40,645 bases of DNA from Bacillota bacterium (GCA_020059765.1 JAGVBM010000338.1:1-40645); one strand, 5' to 3'; counted from the stretch's first letter, positions 25,078 to 34,607 are shown. Numbers and translations are program-made. Notes: generated by a model not told the origin, from the sequence alone.

Positions 25078-26214
25078 TTATATAAAGGCTGTATAGTTAA
25101 AAACAACACCGTTTTCGTTCGATGTATCAGCAAATGAGCCGCTATCGCCAACGATGAAACCATTCGTCGTTATGTCGACCAGATAATATGGAGACCCACC
25201 ACCAGACTTATATCCAGTTACACTATTTCCATCTCCAATAATCCTTATAGTGTGGTCAGCTGCGTTGCCCACAAGTCCGATATAGGTTACAGGTGTTGTT
25301 CCTCCAGATACAATAACCATTTTAGGGGTCGCCCCAATATTTATCGTTCGACTAGCTGTCCCATCACCTGTATATGATCCCGTGATTTTGGTGACGGCGG
25401 AACTTGCAAGCGCAAAAGCGCTCGCATGTTGGCCGTCTAGCATGTCGGCATCCAACCCGCTTCCGGATCCGTCGTTTCCGGCGTGCCATATGGTACTCGT
25501 GCCTACTCTAGCTACTGCTCCTGATATTTCCGGCATAAACTGAAAATTACCGCTATTGTCGATACCGAAGTATCCTTGTCTATCTCCTTGGCCATCAAGA
25601 AACTCAACATAGTTCCATCCACCTTCTTTGGTTCCTGCCGTTGACCCTGCATCTGTTTGCTTGAGCCTGAGGATGCCGTCCGTTGAGCTTTCGATAGTAA
25701 GACCACCTGTCATCGTATCCCCAGCCCTATTGACGGGTCTAATTCCCGCCAGCATCAATATCGCCGATACCAATCCGGGCAGAAGATTCGCCTGCCGTTG
25801 CGCAACGTCTGTCACGGCCAAAATATTCCCACTTGCATCTGTCGTAACTTGATAGAGAGCAATATAATTCGCCTGTGCGCTGTGAGCAGTTCCCCATGAG
25901 AGCGTCCCGTCAGGATTGAGATCGAGATAATACGTAGTCGACGCGACCGATGTCGTAAAAGTTGTGCTCGCCGGATTTCGTTTACGAAGTGTATTGTCTG
26001 TTTGTTTCGGATAAGCCGTACCGCCCGTAAAATCAAGTTGATTGGCGATCGATCCATTTTTGACTGCCGTACAACCCGAGAGGACAAACGGGTCAAACAA
26101 GCCTACTGGATACGATTGCACAGATTCGTCGTATTGAGTTTCCATCCTGTTTAGTTCTGCTGCTGAAATACCTGGTGCCGCTCCTTCGTTCCAGGTTGTT
26201 TTCGTATATGGCAT
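25078..26214 (-). CDS. Tail fibre / receptor-binding protein
   Basis: N-terminal YTKTTW...LNRME, VNRAGDTMTG knuckle, WHAGNDGSGSGLDADMLDG, GSYTGDG C-terminal domain. Confidence 0.85.
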   Translation of the reverse strand: MPYTKTTWNEGAAPGISAAELNRMETQYDESVQSYPVGLFDPFVLSGCTAVKNGSIANQLDFTGGTAYPKQTDNTLRKRNPASTTFTTSVASTTYYLDLNPDGTLSWGTAHSAQANYIALYQVTTDASGNILAVTDVAQRQANLLPGLVSAILMLAGIRPVNRAGDTMTGGLTIESSTDGILRLKQTDAGSTAGTKEGGWNYVEFLDGQGDRQGYFGIDNSGNFQFMPEISGAVARVGTSTIWHAGNDGSGSGLDADMLDGQHASAFALASSAVTKITGSYTGDGTASRTINIGATPKMVIVSGGTTPVTYIGLVGNAADHTIRIIGDGNSVTGYKSGGGSPYYLVDITTNGFIVGDSGSFADTSNENGVVFNYTAFI

Positions 26215-26218
26215 TTGA

Positions 26219-26689
26219 TCACACCCTTCCTATCGTGTCAGTTCGGACGATATTGATCGACTCCAAGTTCGTCTTATCCTTCGTCCACAATACCCTCGAA
26301 ATGAGAATACCTGTGTTCGGCGAACCAGTTGCCCCAGCCCCCGCAAAAATCCCAATCTCGCGAATACTGATATTCGCCTCTGTCGGGGCTATATAGCAGG
26401 TACTTTCCAATACTCCGGTTCCTTGCACGGCCTGTTTCGTAAACGCCTTTCGAAACGCTTCTGCGCCGAGCTGCGTATTCGTGTTTACAAGTGGCAGGAT
26501 TGTTCCGTTGTCCGTGCCTAGAGCCAGGTATTTGAGTGTGAGGTCTGTCACCGTGCCGTCGAGCGCATCGCGGATCAGGTTGAGCGCGCCGTCTGTTATC
26601 AGGTTTTTGATCTTGTGAACTTCTGTCCCGTTTGGCCCAAAGACATGGATTTCATATTCGCCCAACCAGCCAAAGATATTATCAACCAC
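26219..26689 (-). CDS. Tail-tip / baseplate adaptor protein
   Basis: KNLITDG, YLALGT, LGAEAFRK, EAN..IREIGIF motifs; GTG start with AAGGAG RBS. Confidence 0.75.
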   Translation of the reverse strand: MVDNIFGWLGEYEIHVFGPNGTEVHKIKNLITDGALNLIRDALDGTVTDLTLKYLALGTDNGTILPLVNTNTQLGAEAFRKAFTKQAVQGTGVLESTCYIAPTEANISIREIGIFAGAGATGSPNTGILISRVLWTKDKTNLESINIVRTDTIGRV

Positions 26690-26702
26690 AAAACCACTCC
26701 TT

Positions 26703-28115
26703 TCAGCAGGGATAAAGCGTAGAACTCGGATAAAGAGTAGCGGACGGAACCGGGCACGCATACACCGTCTGTGTCTGATTTTCCGTCCATCCCCACGATT
26801 CGAACTGAGTGACAAGCCGGACCAAGATCTCGTTCTCGCGAATCACGAATGTCTGACCGGCTTTCACGAGCTTCCGGAAGAAGTTTACCCATCCGCCAAC
26901 CACTTCACCATCCACAGCCTCTACGCTGTAGCGAATGACGTTGCCGGACACATTGTCAATATTCACCCGCTGAATCAGATATTGCCCGGTCAGGCCCCTG
27001 GATGGAAGGTCGATGGTCAAGAGTTGACCTGCTTTCAGACCGCTTTTGAAGGTCGTAAACGTCACCCGCTTGTCGATCTTTCCGTATCGGCGAAGTCGGC
27101 CTTTCGCGTATTCGAGAGCCGCATCTGCATCATCGATCGATGCTTGCTGTTCGACAGCTTCGTAGACCCCTGTTCCGCCCTCCTTGGTCTTGCGGTCTTG
27201 TATCCCGGCGGCATCTTCGGAAACGACGATGATCGGGAAAAAGCCTTTGTATATGATCTCAAATACATCTGTTGAAGTCAGCAACGTACCTGCATCGTCC
27301 TGCTTGATCTCTGTTTTGCCTTTGTTCCAGTAGAAATCCTTGCCACTGTCCAAACCGCCGATTCCTACTGTCTTAGGAACGGTGTTCACTGTGATCGTCG
27401 GCACTTCAGCAATTGGATAAAAGACATTGAACACCCGTTTGTCTCCGTCCCCTTTTTGTCGTTCAGTCTGCGGGTCAGTCACGTCCTGACCAGCTCGGAT
27501 GTATTGCCGGTTGCGGTACTGACTCCGGTCATGCGTGACTTTCAGGTCGCGCGTCGGTTGACTTGTCTCTGTGATCGACCAAGGTGCATCGTTTGTAGTA
27601 CGCTCCAGGAAGTGCAGCACCTTGTTTGCGTCGATATAAAACATGAAGCCTGTGAGCTCCGCAACGTCCTGCAGGGCCTCACTGGCTCGGTCATAGTTGA
27701 ACACGGCTGCCGACACAGTTGGCCCGGTTTGGATTGTACCGGCTGTGACTCCTTCGTCAGCAAGATACTTCGTCAAGAGATCGTTAACGATGAATCCCGC
27801 CGTCTGGTTCCGATACGTTTCCGCGACGATCTTGCGGTCAGCGATCTGATGCCAGTCAACGCACGTGACCGAATATACCAGGTCCGTTCGAGCGATCAGG
27901 TCGGACTCTTCCACCTCGTCGATCGTCCCGCCGAAGATCCGGACACCAGCATCGTCCTCGATGATGATTTCCATGCCTTCCTCCGGTGCGCCGAGACCGG
28001 ATAGATTCATCATCTCGAATGTACACACGCTTCGCTCGTTGATCTGGTCGGTGATCCGCAGGGTTCCGTCTGAAATATCAGCGCCTCGATTTACACCAGC
28101 AATCTTGACGATCAT
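26703..28115 (-). CDS. Tail-tip hub protein ending in PVPSAT-LYPSST-LYP repeats
   Basis: Directly after tape measure; IFGGTID, ALQDVAE..GF.FYID hub-like motifs. Confidence 0.75.
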   Translation of the reverse strand: MIVKIAGVNRGADISDGTLRITDQINERSVCTFEMMNLSGLGAPEEGMEIIIEDDAGVRIFGGTIDEVEESDLIARTDLVYSVTCVDWHQIADRKIVAETYRNQTAGFIVNDLLTKYLADEGVTAGTIQTGPTVSAAVFNYDRASEALQDVAELTGFMFYIDANKVLHFLERTTNDAPWSITETSQPTRDLKVTHDRSQYRNRQYIRAGQDVTDPQTERQKGDGDKRVFNVFYPIAEVPTITVNTVPKTVGIGGLDSGKDFYWNKGKTEIKQDDAGTLLTSTDVFEIIYKGFFPIIVVSEDAAGIQDRKTKEGGTGVYEAVEQQASIDDADAALEYAKGRLRRYGKIDKRVTFTTFKSGLKAGQLLTIDLPSRGLTGQYLIQRVNIDNVSGNVIRYSVEAVDGEVVGGWVNFFRKLVKAGQTFVIRENEILVRLVTQFESWGWTENQTQTVYACPVPSATLYPSSTLYPC

Positions 28116-30988
28116 GTCCGGACACCCGCCTTCGCGAGATACCGGATCAGCGCCGGGCCAACGCGATCCACAAGGTCACGTTCCCCATAAAAGGTATTGC
28201 CGGTGATGTTGATCGTGAGCCCATTACCGCCACTCGCTCTTGCTCCGCGCGGAAGTACAACCTCTCCCTCTTCCAGGATCGCCGGAACTTCACGGGGGCC
28301 AAGTTTTGAAACAAGTCCGCCGGAGTGATATCTTGTCGGTTCGTTTTGGAGTATGGCGTCCACGTTCGCCTTTGCCTTGTCCATGATGATGCCTACATCT
28401 TCCGTTGATCCGGATCTCCGCGCCTCGTCAATGAGCCGTTCATACTCGGACTGGACGGCGCCTTGAACCGACTTCCAGCCCTCGTCATTGGCAACCAGAT
28501 CAAGGTTTCCTCCGGCTGCCGCAGACTGGCCAAACCGCATACGGTCGATTTGCTCCTGGGACATGCCGAAGTTGGCCCCGCCTGGTTTGAAGGAGTCTAT
28601 GAGCTGTTTGGTGCGATTGACTTGTTCCTCGACGGCGCTGGCCATATCCTTTGCGGCTGATTCGACCTCACCCGTTTTGTTGCGGATACCTTCTGCAAGT
28701 CCTTCAGCAGTGTACTCCCCGATCTCCATCATGACTTTGGACGGCGACGCGATCCCCAATACTTTTTTTGCCCAATCGACGGCCTTGTTGAAAAATTCGC
28801 TGATCTTTGTATAGAGCCACGCGGCCATATTCGTGATACCTTCCACAAAACCCCGGATGAAGTTCTCGCCCATGCTGAGCGCATCTGACTTGATTTCTTG
28901 CCATTTTTGCATCATCTGAGTTTTCAGTTCAGCAAGTTTTGCTGCGATTTTGCCCGGCGCTTCAGCAAAGAATGTGACAACCGAATTCCACATGTTCGAA
29001 ACGGTTGTTTTGACTGCCTCAACCGCATCCCAGAAGGTTTGTTTGATCCCCTCCCACATGCCCGATGCTATAGAGGCAATCTTATCCTTGGCAAACTTAA
29101 ACAAAGTTTTAATATAAGTCAGCATAAATTCTGTCCGTGCTGCTATAGCAGCGAAAGCACCACCCCATATTTCCTTGAATCCTTGCATTAAGTTCAGAAT
29201 GATGCTAACGATGTTTTCTTTGAAACCTTGGAACGTCTTCCCTAATAGCTTCCAGTTGCCTGTAGCGATGCTGTATACCGCCAAGAATGCCGTGGCAAAA
29301 ATCGTTTTGATGAAATTCCAGGCTTCATCAATTACCATCACAATCGTCTGCCAAACTGCGCGGAAAATCGTCTTAATATTTTCCCATCCCGTCATAACGA
29401 TTGGCCCGAGGACATTCCAGACGGACTGAAATATGCCGGTGATTTTGTCCCATGTGCTTCGGAAAAAGGAGACAATGCCATTCCACACGGCGGTTGCAGT
29501 TTGTTTGATACCTTCCCACAATCCAACAAAAAATCCACTGATCCCCTGCCATACGCTGATGGCTGTCTGCTTGATGGAATCCCAGGTGGCTGCGGCTGTT
29601 TCTTTGATCCATTGCCACGCGGCACCTAAAGCGTCTTTTATTTCGTCCCAATGGGATATGATGAGCGCTCCAATGGCTATGACTGCGACAATGCCAGCTG
29701 TCACGGCTGCGATGATTCCAGCCCACGGAGCAATTATTGCCCATTGAGCAGTTGCGACGGCCCCCAATGCCACGGAAAGGAATCCCAAAGCTCCGACTAT
29801 TAAAAAGATAGCTCCGGTTACGGCTGTGCTGATTGCGATAAACCGTTTTGTCTCTGGAGATAGTTTGTTAAATCCATCTACTAAACCTTGTAATACATCT
29901 GCAAGCCACTTCAATGCCGGTGATAACGCGTCACCGATGCTGATCTGAGCAGTTTCAGCGGCCCCGCTAAGTTCTTCAAGAGCTCCTTTGAGATTGTCTT
30001 TCATTTTTGCCGCTGCCTCAGCTGAGGCTCCACCGGAGTTCTGTAGTTCCGCCGTAAGGGTTCGTAGTTTCTCAGGCCCTTTTTCGACAAGCGTCAGCAT
30101 ACCTGTCATAGCTTCGGTGCCGAATATAGTCGATAGCGCCTGGGCTTTCTGCGCGTTTGTCATGCCCTCGGTGGACGTGCGTAATTGAGATATGATTTGA
30201 TCAAACGGCAGGAATTTTCCACTTGCATCGGTGATGGAAACGCCAAGATCTCGTAATGTGTTCTGAGCTTCTTTCGGAGGATCTACGAGTCGCAAAAGCG
30301 CGGCCCTGAGCGTCGTGCCTGCTTGCTCCCCTTTCATCCCTGCATCGGCCATAATTCCAGTCGCAGCTGCCAATTCCTCCAGGCTAATTCCTAATGATTT
30401 TGCAACTGGAGCGGCGAATTTAAATGCATATTGTAAATCATCTACGCCTGCAGCAGAACTGTTTGCCGACATTGCAAGCACGTCGGCAACCTTGGATGCC
30501 TGAGAAGCTTCCAAGCCAAACGCATTGAGGGCTGAGGCAACCGTATCCGCAACCAACGCCATATCTTGGCCGGATGCTTCAGCGGCGGCAATCACTCCGG
30601 GCATTGCGGCAATAATCTGCTGTGCGTCGTATCCTTTGGCCGCCATCAATTCCATTCCAACGGCAACTTCTGCGGCACTTTTTGACGTTGATGCCCCGAG
30701 ATCCAGTGCTGATTGGCGCAACGCCTGCAAATCGGAGTCGGTAGCCTGCGATATCGCTCCCACCCGACTCATCTGTGCATCAAAGTCCATCGCTTTGTTG
30801 ACCGCAAAACCGAGTCCAGCCGCGATCGCTCCACCTGCAGCTGTGAAAGCCGTTCCGATCTGCTGTCCTGCCTGAGAAACTTGTTTACCCAGCTTACCCC
30901 AAGTTCTATTAAACTCTTTCATGTTCTTTTCAAAACCGCTAATGTCCGCTCCGATCCGAACGGCCATACTCGCGATAGTTTCTGCCAT
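28112..30988 (-). CDS. Tape measure protein (TP901-family core)
   Basis: 958 aa; FDAQMSRV, G.KGEQAGTTLR, Trp/Phe 11-residue repeats, LGIASPSK. Confidence 0.95.
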   Translation of the reverse strand: MAETIASMAVRIGADISGFEKNMKEFNRTWGKLGKQVSQAGQQIGTAFTAAGGAIAAGLGFAVNKAMDFDAQMSRVGAISQATDSDLQALRQSALDLGASTSKSAAEVAVGMELMAAKGYDAQQIIAAMPGVIAAAEASGQDMALVADTVASALNAFGLEASQASKVADVLAMSANSSAAGVDDLQYAFKFAAPVAKSLGISLEELAAATGIMADAGMKGEQAGTTLRAALLRLVDPPKEAQNTLRDLGVSITDASGKFLPFDQIISQLRTSTEGMTNAQKAQALSTIFGTEAMTGMLTLVEKGPEKLRTLTAELQNSGGASAEAAAKMKDNLKGALEELSGAAETAQISIGDALSPALKWLADVLQGLVDGFNKLSPETKRFIAISTAVTGAIFLIVGALGFLSVALGAVATAQWAIIAPWAGIIAAVTAGIVAVIAIGALIISHWDEIKDALGAAWQWIKETAAATWDSIKQTAISVWQGISGFFVGLWEGIKQTATAVWNGIVSFFRSTWDKITGIFQSVWNVLGPIVMTGWENIKTIFRAVWQTIVMVIDEAWNFIKTIFATAFLAVYSIATGNWKLLGKTFQGFKENIVSIILNLMQGFKEIWGGAFAAIAARTEFMLTYIKTLFKFAKDKIASIASGMWEGIKQTFWDAVEAVKTTVSNMWNSVVTFFAEAPGKIAAKLAELKTQMMQKWQEIKSDALSMGENFIRGFVEGITNMAAWLYTKISEFFNKAVDWAKKVLGIASPSKVMMEIGEYTAEGLAEGIRNKTGEVESAAKDMASAVEEQVNRTKQLIDSFKPGGANFGMSQEQIDRMRFGQSAAAGGNLDLVANDEGWKSVQGAVQSEYERLIDEARRSGSTEDVGIIMDKAKANVDAILQNEPTRYHSGGLVSKLGPREVPAILEEGEVVLPRGARASGGNGLTINITGNTFYGERDLVDRVGPALIRYLAKAGVRT

Positions 30989-31012
30989 GTCATCACCCCC
31001 AAAAGAGGAAAT

Positions 31013-31042
31013 AAAAAATCCCCGTCGAAATTCGTAGGGGAC
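31013..31042 (-). terminator. Terminator-like hairpin just upstream of tape measure
   Basis: TCCCC-TACGAATTTCGAC-GGGGA followed by T6 on minus strand. Confidence 0.55.
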
Positions 31043-31094
31043 TGTAAATTATTTCAACTGAATTCGTATATTTATACCGAAAGGAGAGATCTCT

Positions 31095-31400
31095 GTGACT
31101 AGTGGGTTAGCTGCAAAACAACGCCAGCCAAGACGCCACAGCTTAGCTATTGCGGCAAGTATATTTGCTCTTGGAGGAGTAATTTTTACGCTTACTCTTC
31201 TGGGCGCTGTAATTGGAATCCCTATGCTGATTATTAGTGGAATTATTTTTTTGATCCGCTCTCGAATTAAGATGAATTCTATCGAATGCCCATCTTGCAA
31301 AACACCGAATAAGATCGAATTATCCGTCCAGTATTTTAATTGCGAACAGTGCCTAAAAACAGTACGAAAAGAACAAGGGGAATGGGTGGCTGCTGGTTAA
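31095..31400 (+). CDS. Antisense moron: 2-TM membrane protein with C-terminal Zn-ribbon
   Basis: AAGGAG RBS, GTG start; LLGAVIGIPM hairpin; CPSC...CEQC; AT-rich. Confidence 0.8.
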   Translation: MTSGLAAKQRQPRRHSLAIAASIFALGGVIFTLTLLGAVIGIPMLIISGIIFLIRSRIKMNSIECPSCKTPNKIELSVQYFNCEQCLKTVRKEQGEWVAAG

Positions 31401-31705
31401 AGTTCAAACTTTTTCTGCAGCTCCTTCCATTCCCGATCTCGTTCCTCTTTGCTGAGCTTTTTGGGCTCGGCATTTTTGTTCAGTAGCTGCTTAATGCTCG
31501 GCAGCTTCCTGCGGCGTTCGAGCGCCGCTGACAGCCAAGCGTGATAGACTAATAGCTCTGTCTCCTGGTCACGCCTCCACACATAACCTGATACCAGTTC
31601 TTCAAACTCCGACAGCGTCAAATCCCAGAACTCATCCTGCCGCAATGCAAGGGGGCCGAAGGCCAGCTTTCTTAGTTCTGACCAGTCGGCCCCTTGGAGT
31701 TTTTT
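31397..31705 (-). CDS. Tail assembly chaperone extension (gpGT-like, -1 frameshift product)
   Basis: The -1 frame is open from slippery A AAA AAC (31699..31705) through ...LRQDEFWDLTLSE. Confidence 0.8.
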   Translation of the reverse strand, partial: KKLQGADWSELRKLAFGPLALRQDEFWDLTLSEFEELVSGYVWRRDQETELLVYHAWLSAALERRRKLPSIKQLLNKNAEPKKLSKEERDREWKELQKKFEL

Positions 31706-31986
31706 GCTGACTTTGTAAATGCCTCTGTGATTTTCTGGCTGACATACTCCATATTTTCGAAGTCAACCAAGTTACCGACTTCCTGCTCGGTGATATCAGG
31801 GGCTTCATGCAGCAAACCTGCCCACAAAAAAGTACGAATCTGCTTCATTCCCATTGGGACATTCGTCAACTCCGAAACAGAAACGCCCAAGCGATCTTCC
31901 AGTTCTGCGAGGGCGTTTAGCGTGTATCGAAGTGTGCGCTTTTTGTCGAGTTGAACCTCCACAAATCCGCGTTGTTTGTTGGCCAT
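31672..31986 (-). CDS. Tail assembly chaperone (gpG-like)
   Basis: LRYTLNALAELED...IRTFLWAGLLH; lies between tail tube and tape measure. Confidence 0.85.
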   Translation of the reverse strand: MANKQRGFVEVQLDKKRTLRYTLNALAELEDRLGVSVSELTNVPMGMKQIRTFLWAGLLHEAPDITEQEVGNLVDFENMEYVSQKITEAFTKSAKNSKGPTGQN

Positions 31987-32315
31987 TACGGAACCTCCAC
32001 AACCGCAACAGTTACTGTGGTAACCGCGCTGTAAGTCACTTGTGCTGATCCCGATGCATCATTAAATCGGCTTTGTGCAAACGGACCGATAATCGTTTCT
32101 GCTCCTGCCGCCACGTTTACGACCGCATCGTGGTCAAACCCATAATTGCAAGCGGTTTGACTGTTCACAGTCACCGTGATAGCCGCAGCGCTTCCGTTTT
32201 TCACATGCAAGTAAACACGTCCCGAGTTGACGAACGAATCTCCACCAACTGCGGCTCCTGAAAAAACAGGAGCCAGACCAGTCAAAGCTGTTCTCTGCAC
32301 TGTCAATACTGCCAT
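31986..32315 (-). CDS. Beta-rich virion protein, possible tail decoration
   Basis: GDSFVNSG...LHVKNG...IGPF...RFN; follows the major tail gene. Confidence 0.6.
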   Translation of the reverse strand: MAVLTVQRTALTGLAPVFSGAAVGGDSFVNSGRVYLHVKNGSAAAITVTVNSQTACNYGFDHDAVVNVAAGAETIIGPFAQSRFNDASGSAQVTYSAVTTVTVAVVEVP

Positions 32316-32329
32316 CGTTCATTCACCCC

Positions 32330-32737
32330 TTACGCCTTAGTCAGCGCGCCGGTTCCAGTCAGCGAACCGCTGGCCGTCGCCTCGCCGTCGTGCGGGCCTT
32401 CGTAAGAAAAGTCGGTGAGTGTCGCTTTGCCGGTATACGTGTTTGCAGCAGGAGTCGACAACCGAACTTGTACTTGTGTTTGATTCATAAACATATTTTC
32501 CAAGGCAGTCAAACCAGCATCACCTTGGATGAGCAAAGCATCAAAGTCCAGCGACCAATTCCGAATCGACGGCAGACCCTCATGCCAATTGTTACTATCT
32601 TTGCTGGTTGTATCAATTTCATCGGTACCCATGTTCAGCGTTGCTCCGCGCTGGCCGCCGACTGCCGTCCAAACAGGGGCTGCTTCAGTCCCCGTATTCA
32701 CTTGCACAATAAAGTCAACACCACTTACTGCTGGCAT
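32330..32737 (-). CDS. Major tail tube protein (TP901-1 family)
   Basis: GGQRGATL...IDTTSKD...W...SLTGTGAL. Confidence 0.88.
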   Translation of the reverse strand: MPAVSGVDFIVQVNTGTEAAPVWTAVGGQRGATLNMGTDEIDTTSKDSNNWHEGLPSIRNWSLDFDALLIQGDAGLTALENMFMNQTQVQVRLSTPAANTYTGKATLTDFSYEGPHDGEATASGSLTGTGALTKA

Positions 32738-32740
32738 GTA

Positions 32741-33151
32741 TTACACCTCCGGTTCAATGTCTTGGATTTTGAATCTGAAACGCAAAACGCCGTGCCTTGT
32801 AGTGCCATCCGGATCTCGGAAAGTTTCGTTGAGGTCGAGACTGTGCACGATGGCCTTGAACTTATCCGCCGACATGTCAAGCGGGCTGATTGTCAGCGCT
32901 TGAATCACTTGGTCGATCAGGTCTTTTACCTCGGTCATCCCAATGTACTGACTCCAGACATGGAGCGTGTGCGTGACTTCCTGGCCGCTTGTCAGTTTTG
33001 TAGACCAATCTACCGACGTATCCTCGCCGATCGTCACATACGGAAAAACCGCACTCTCCGGGACGGCATCGTAGATCGGTACGGTCAAGTTGCTTTTGAG
33101 CCGGTTATAGACGGCTTTCTGCAAAGGCAAAAGCGGAGATCGTTTTTTCAC
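32741..33151 (-). CDS. Tail terminator (DUF3168, SPP1 gp17-like)
   Basis: LQKAVYNRL, YDAVP...FPYVTIGE, RHGVLRF. Confidence 0.88.
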   Translation of the reverse strand: MKKRSPLLPLQKAVYNRLKSNLTVPIYDAVPESAVFPYVTIGEDTSVDWSTKLTSGQEVTHTLHVWSQYIGMTEVKDLIDQVIQALTISPLDMSADKFKAIVHSLDLNETFRDPDGTTRHGVLRFRFKIQDIEPEV

Positions 33152-33531
33152 TTTTTCACCGCCCCTCTGATTGCTTGTTTGACACCGGCGATATAGTTAG
33201 GACGTTCTTGTTCCCATGCGGGCATCATATATGGATGGGCTGCCATCTTCAAGGTCCCGAATTCAATAAAATGCGCCCGCCATTTGAGGCCAGGTGCAAT
33301 CTCAGCCGAAAATCCGTCGCTTGAATACCGCGCACGAATGCTCTTTTTCAGACGTCCGGAATCCACGGGTACTCTTTGCTGCGCGCCTTTTCGAATCGCG
33401 TTCGCGGACTTACGAACCTGAGTTCTAACTGCCTTCCGAGCCTCAACATCAAACTTGTTCAGTTTGCCGATCACTTCGTCCATACCCACAATATTCACTT
33501 TCAATTTGATGCTGCCGCCAGGCCTTGCCAT
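33148..33531 (-). CDS. HK97 gp10-like tail completion protein
   Basis: VPVDSGRLKKSI...FIEFGT..MAAHPYM.PA. Confidence 0.88.
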   Translation of the reverse strand: MARPGGSIKLKVNIVGMDEVIGKLNKFDVEARKAVRTQVRKSANAIRKGAQQRVPVDSGRLKKSIRARYSSDGFSAEIAPGLKWRAHFIEFGTLKMAAHPYMMPAWEQERPNYIAGVKQAIRGAVKK

Positions 33532-33848
33532 CACACCACCTCCGAACACATCAGAATTAATTCCCGGTGCCGTTCTTCTGGATCAATTACGGCTTCAATC
33601 ACTAATGTTCGAGTACCATATGACAGTCGCATGGACGGATTCACGTCGGCGCGGTATCTGATCGTCACTCGATGCGATAGGTTCGCCTGTATCTGTTGCG
33701 CATCGTACCGTTCTTGCCCTTTTAGCGGGTATACATCAGCATATACGGTTCCCGCGCTAGCCCATGTCTCCGTATAGCCCCCTGCGCCGTCATCGATTCG
33801 GGCTATTTGTTGAATGGTGATACGGTGTCGCAAGTTCCCTATACGCAA
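33531..33848 (-). CDS. Head closure / head-tail joining protein (SPP1 gp16-like)
   Basis: TTG start with GGAGGTG RBS; GNLRHRITIQ...IRYR. Confidence 0.88.
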   Translation of the reverse strand: MRIGNLRHRITIQQIARIDDGAGGYTETWASAGTVYADVYPLKGQERYDAQQIQANLSHRVTIRYRADVNPSMRLSYGTRTLVIEAVIDPEERHRELILMCSEVV

Positions 33849-33861
33849 GAGGAACACCTCC

Positions 33862-34416
33862 TTACACTGGGACAACCCTGTCGGGCCAGAGTAGCAAATG
33901 TACAGCCTCCGGTACGTCCTGACTATCGGGATTCTCGAATCGATGGGCAATAAACAGTTTGACCGCTGTTTGGTATAGGGGAGGCACCGCAGATATGTCC
34001 CCATATCCCGACGTAAAACGTATACGAACCCCGTTCATGGACTGCAAAGTAATGCTCGGCCAGCTTTTTCCGTAAGCAAGATCTATTCGCCCCCGCTCAG
34101 AGGCGTTATCAACTATATAATTTGATGGGTCCCAGATAGTCTCGACACCGGATTGATCGACAAACGTAATACTGTCTACAGTCTGGAGAGGCGGCCTCGG
34201 AAGATTCAACGGTAAATCCGGTAACTCATCCAAGATCAGTTCCCATGTTTCCGTAACATAGGATCTATTCTGAAATTCCCGACAGTACCTGCATGCAGAA
34301 TTAAGCAGATCAGTTAGCAAAGTATCAAAGTCGGTTCCATCGATCCGCAGATACGCTTTGACCTCCGACAGCCAAGCGGGAGGCGTGGTCGGCGGGGTGA
34401 TTAATTTCAGCGCCAT
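33862..34416 (-). CDS. Head-tail connector (gp6-like)
   Basis: EVKAYLRID...LPRPPLQ.V..I...AHRFEN. Confidence 0.88.
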   Translation of the reverse strand: MALKLITPPTTPPAWLSEVKAYLRIDGTDFDTLLTDLLNSACRYCREFQNRSYVTETWELILDELPDLPLNLPRPPLQTVDSITFVDQSGVETIWDPSNYIVDNASERGRIDLAYGKSWPSITLQSMNGVRIRFTSGYGDISAVPPLYQTAVKLFIAHRFENPDSQDVPEAVHLLLWPDRVVPV

Positions 34417-34422
34417 TCGTCA

Positions 34423-34587
34423 TCACTTCCTACGCTTCGGCTTTTCTTCATCCTCCGGCTCTTCGACCGCTTCTGCATAACCGCCGTCAATCAATTCTTT
34501 TGCTTCTTTCAAGTCGGTATCAACTATCTGTCCGGCCATGCGAATGCCATCCGGTCCTGCTGATGTCGTTTTCATCTTGATCTTCAT
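34423..34587 (-). CDS. 54-aa conserved head-region protein (not in ORF track)
   Basis: MKIKMKTTSAGPDG...EAKELIDGGYAE; AAGGGTG RBS. Confidence 0.7.
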   Translation of the reverse strand: MKIKMKTTSAGPDGIRMAGQIVDTDLKEAKELIDGGYAEAVEEPEDEEKPKRRK

Positions 34588-34607
34588 ACGATCACCCTTT
34601 CTTAAAG

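Noticed and set aside
25078-26214. Diversity-generating retroelement or invertase-driven fibre switching
   Set aside because: No reverse transcriptase, serine invertase or duplicate of the fibre C-terminus seen
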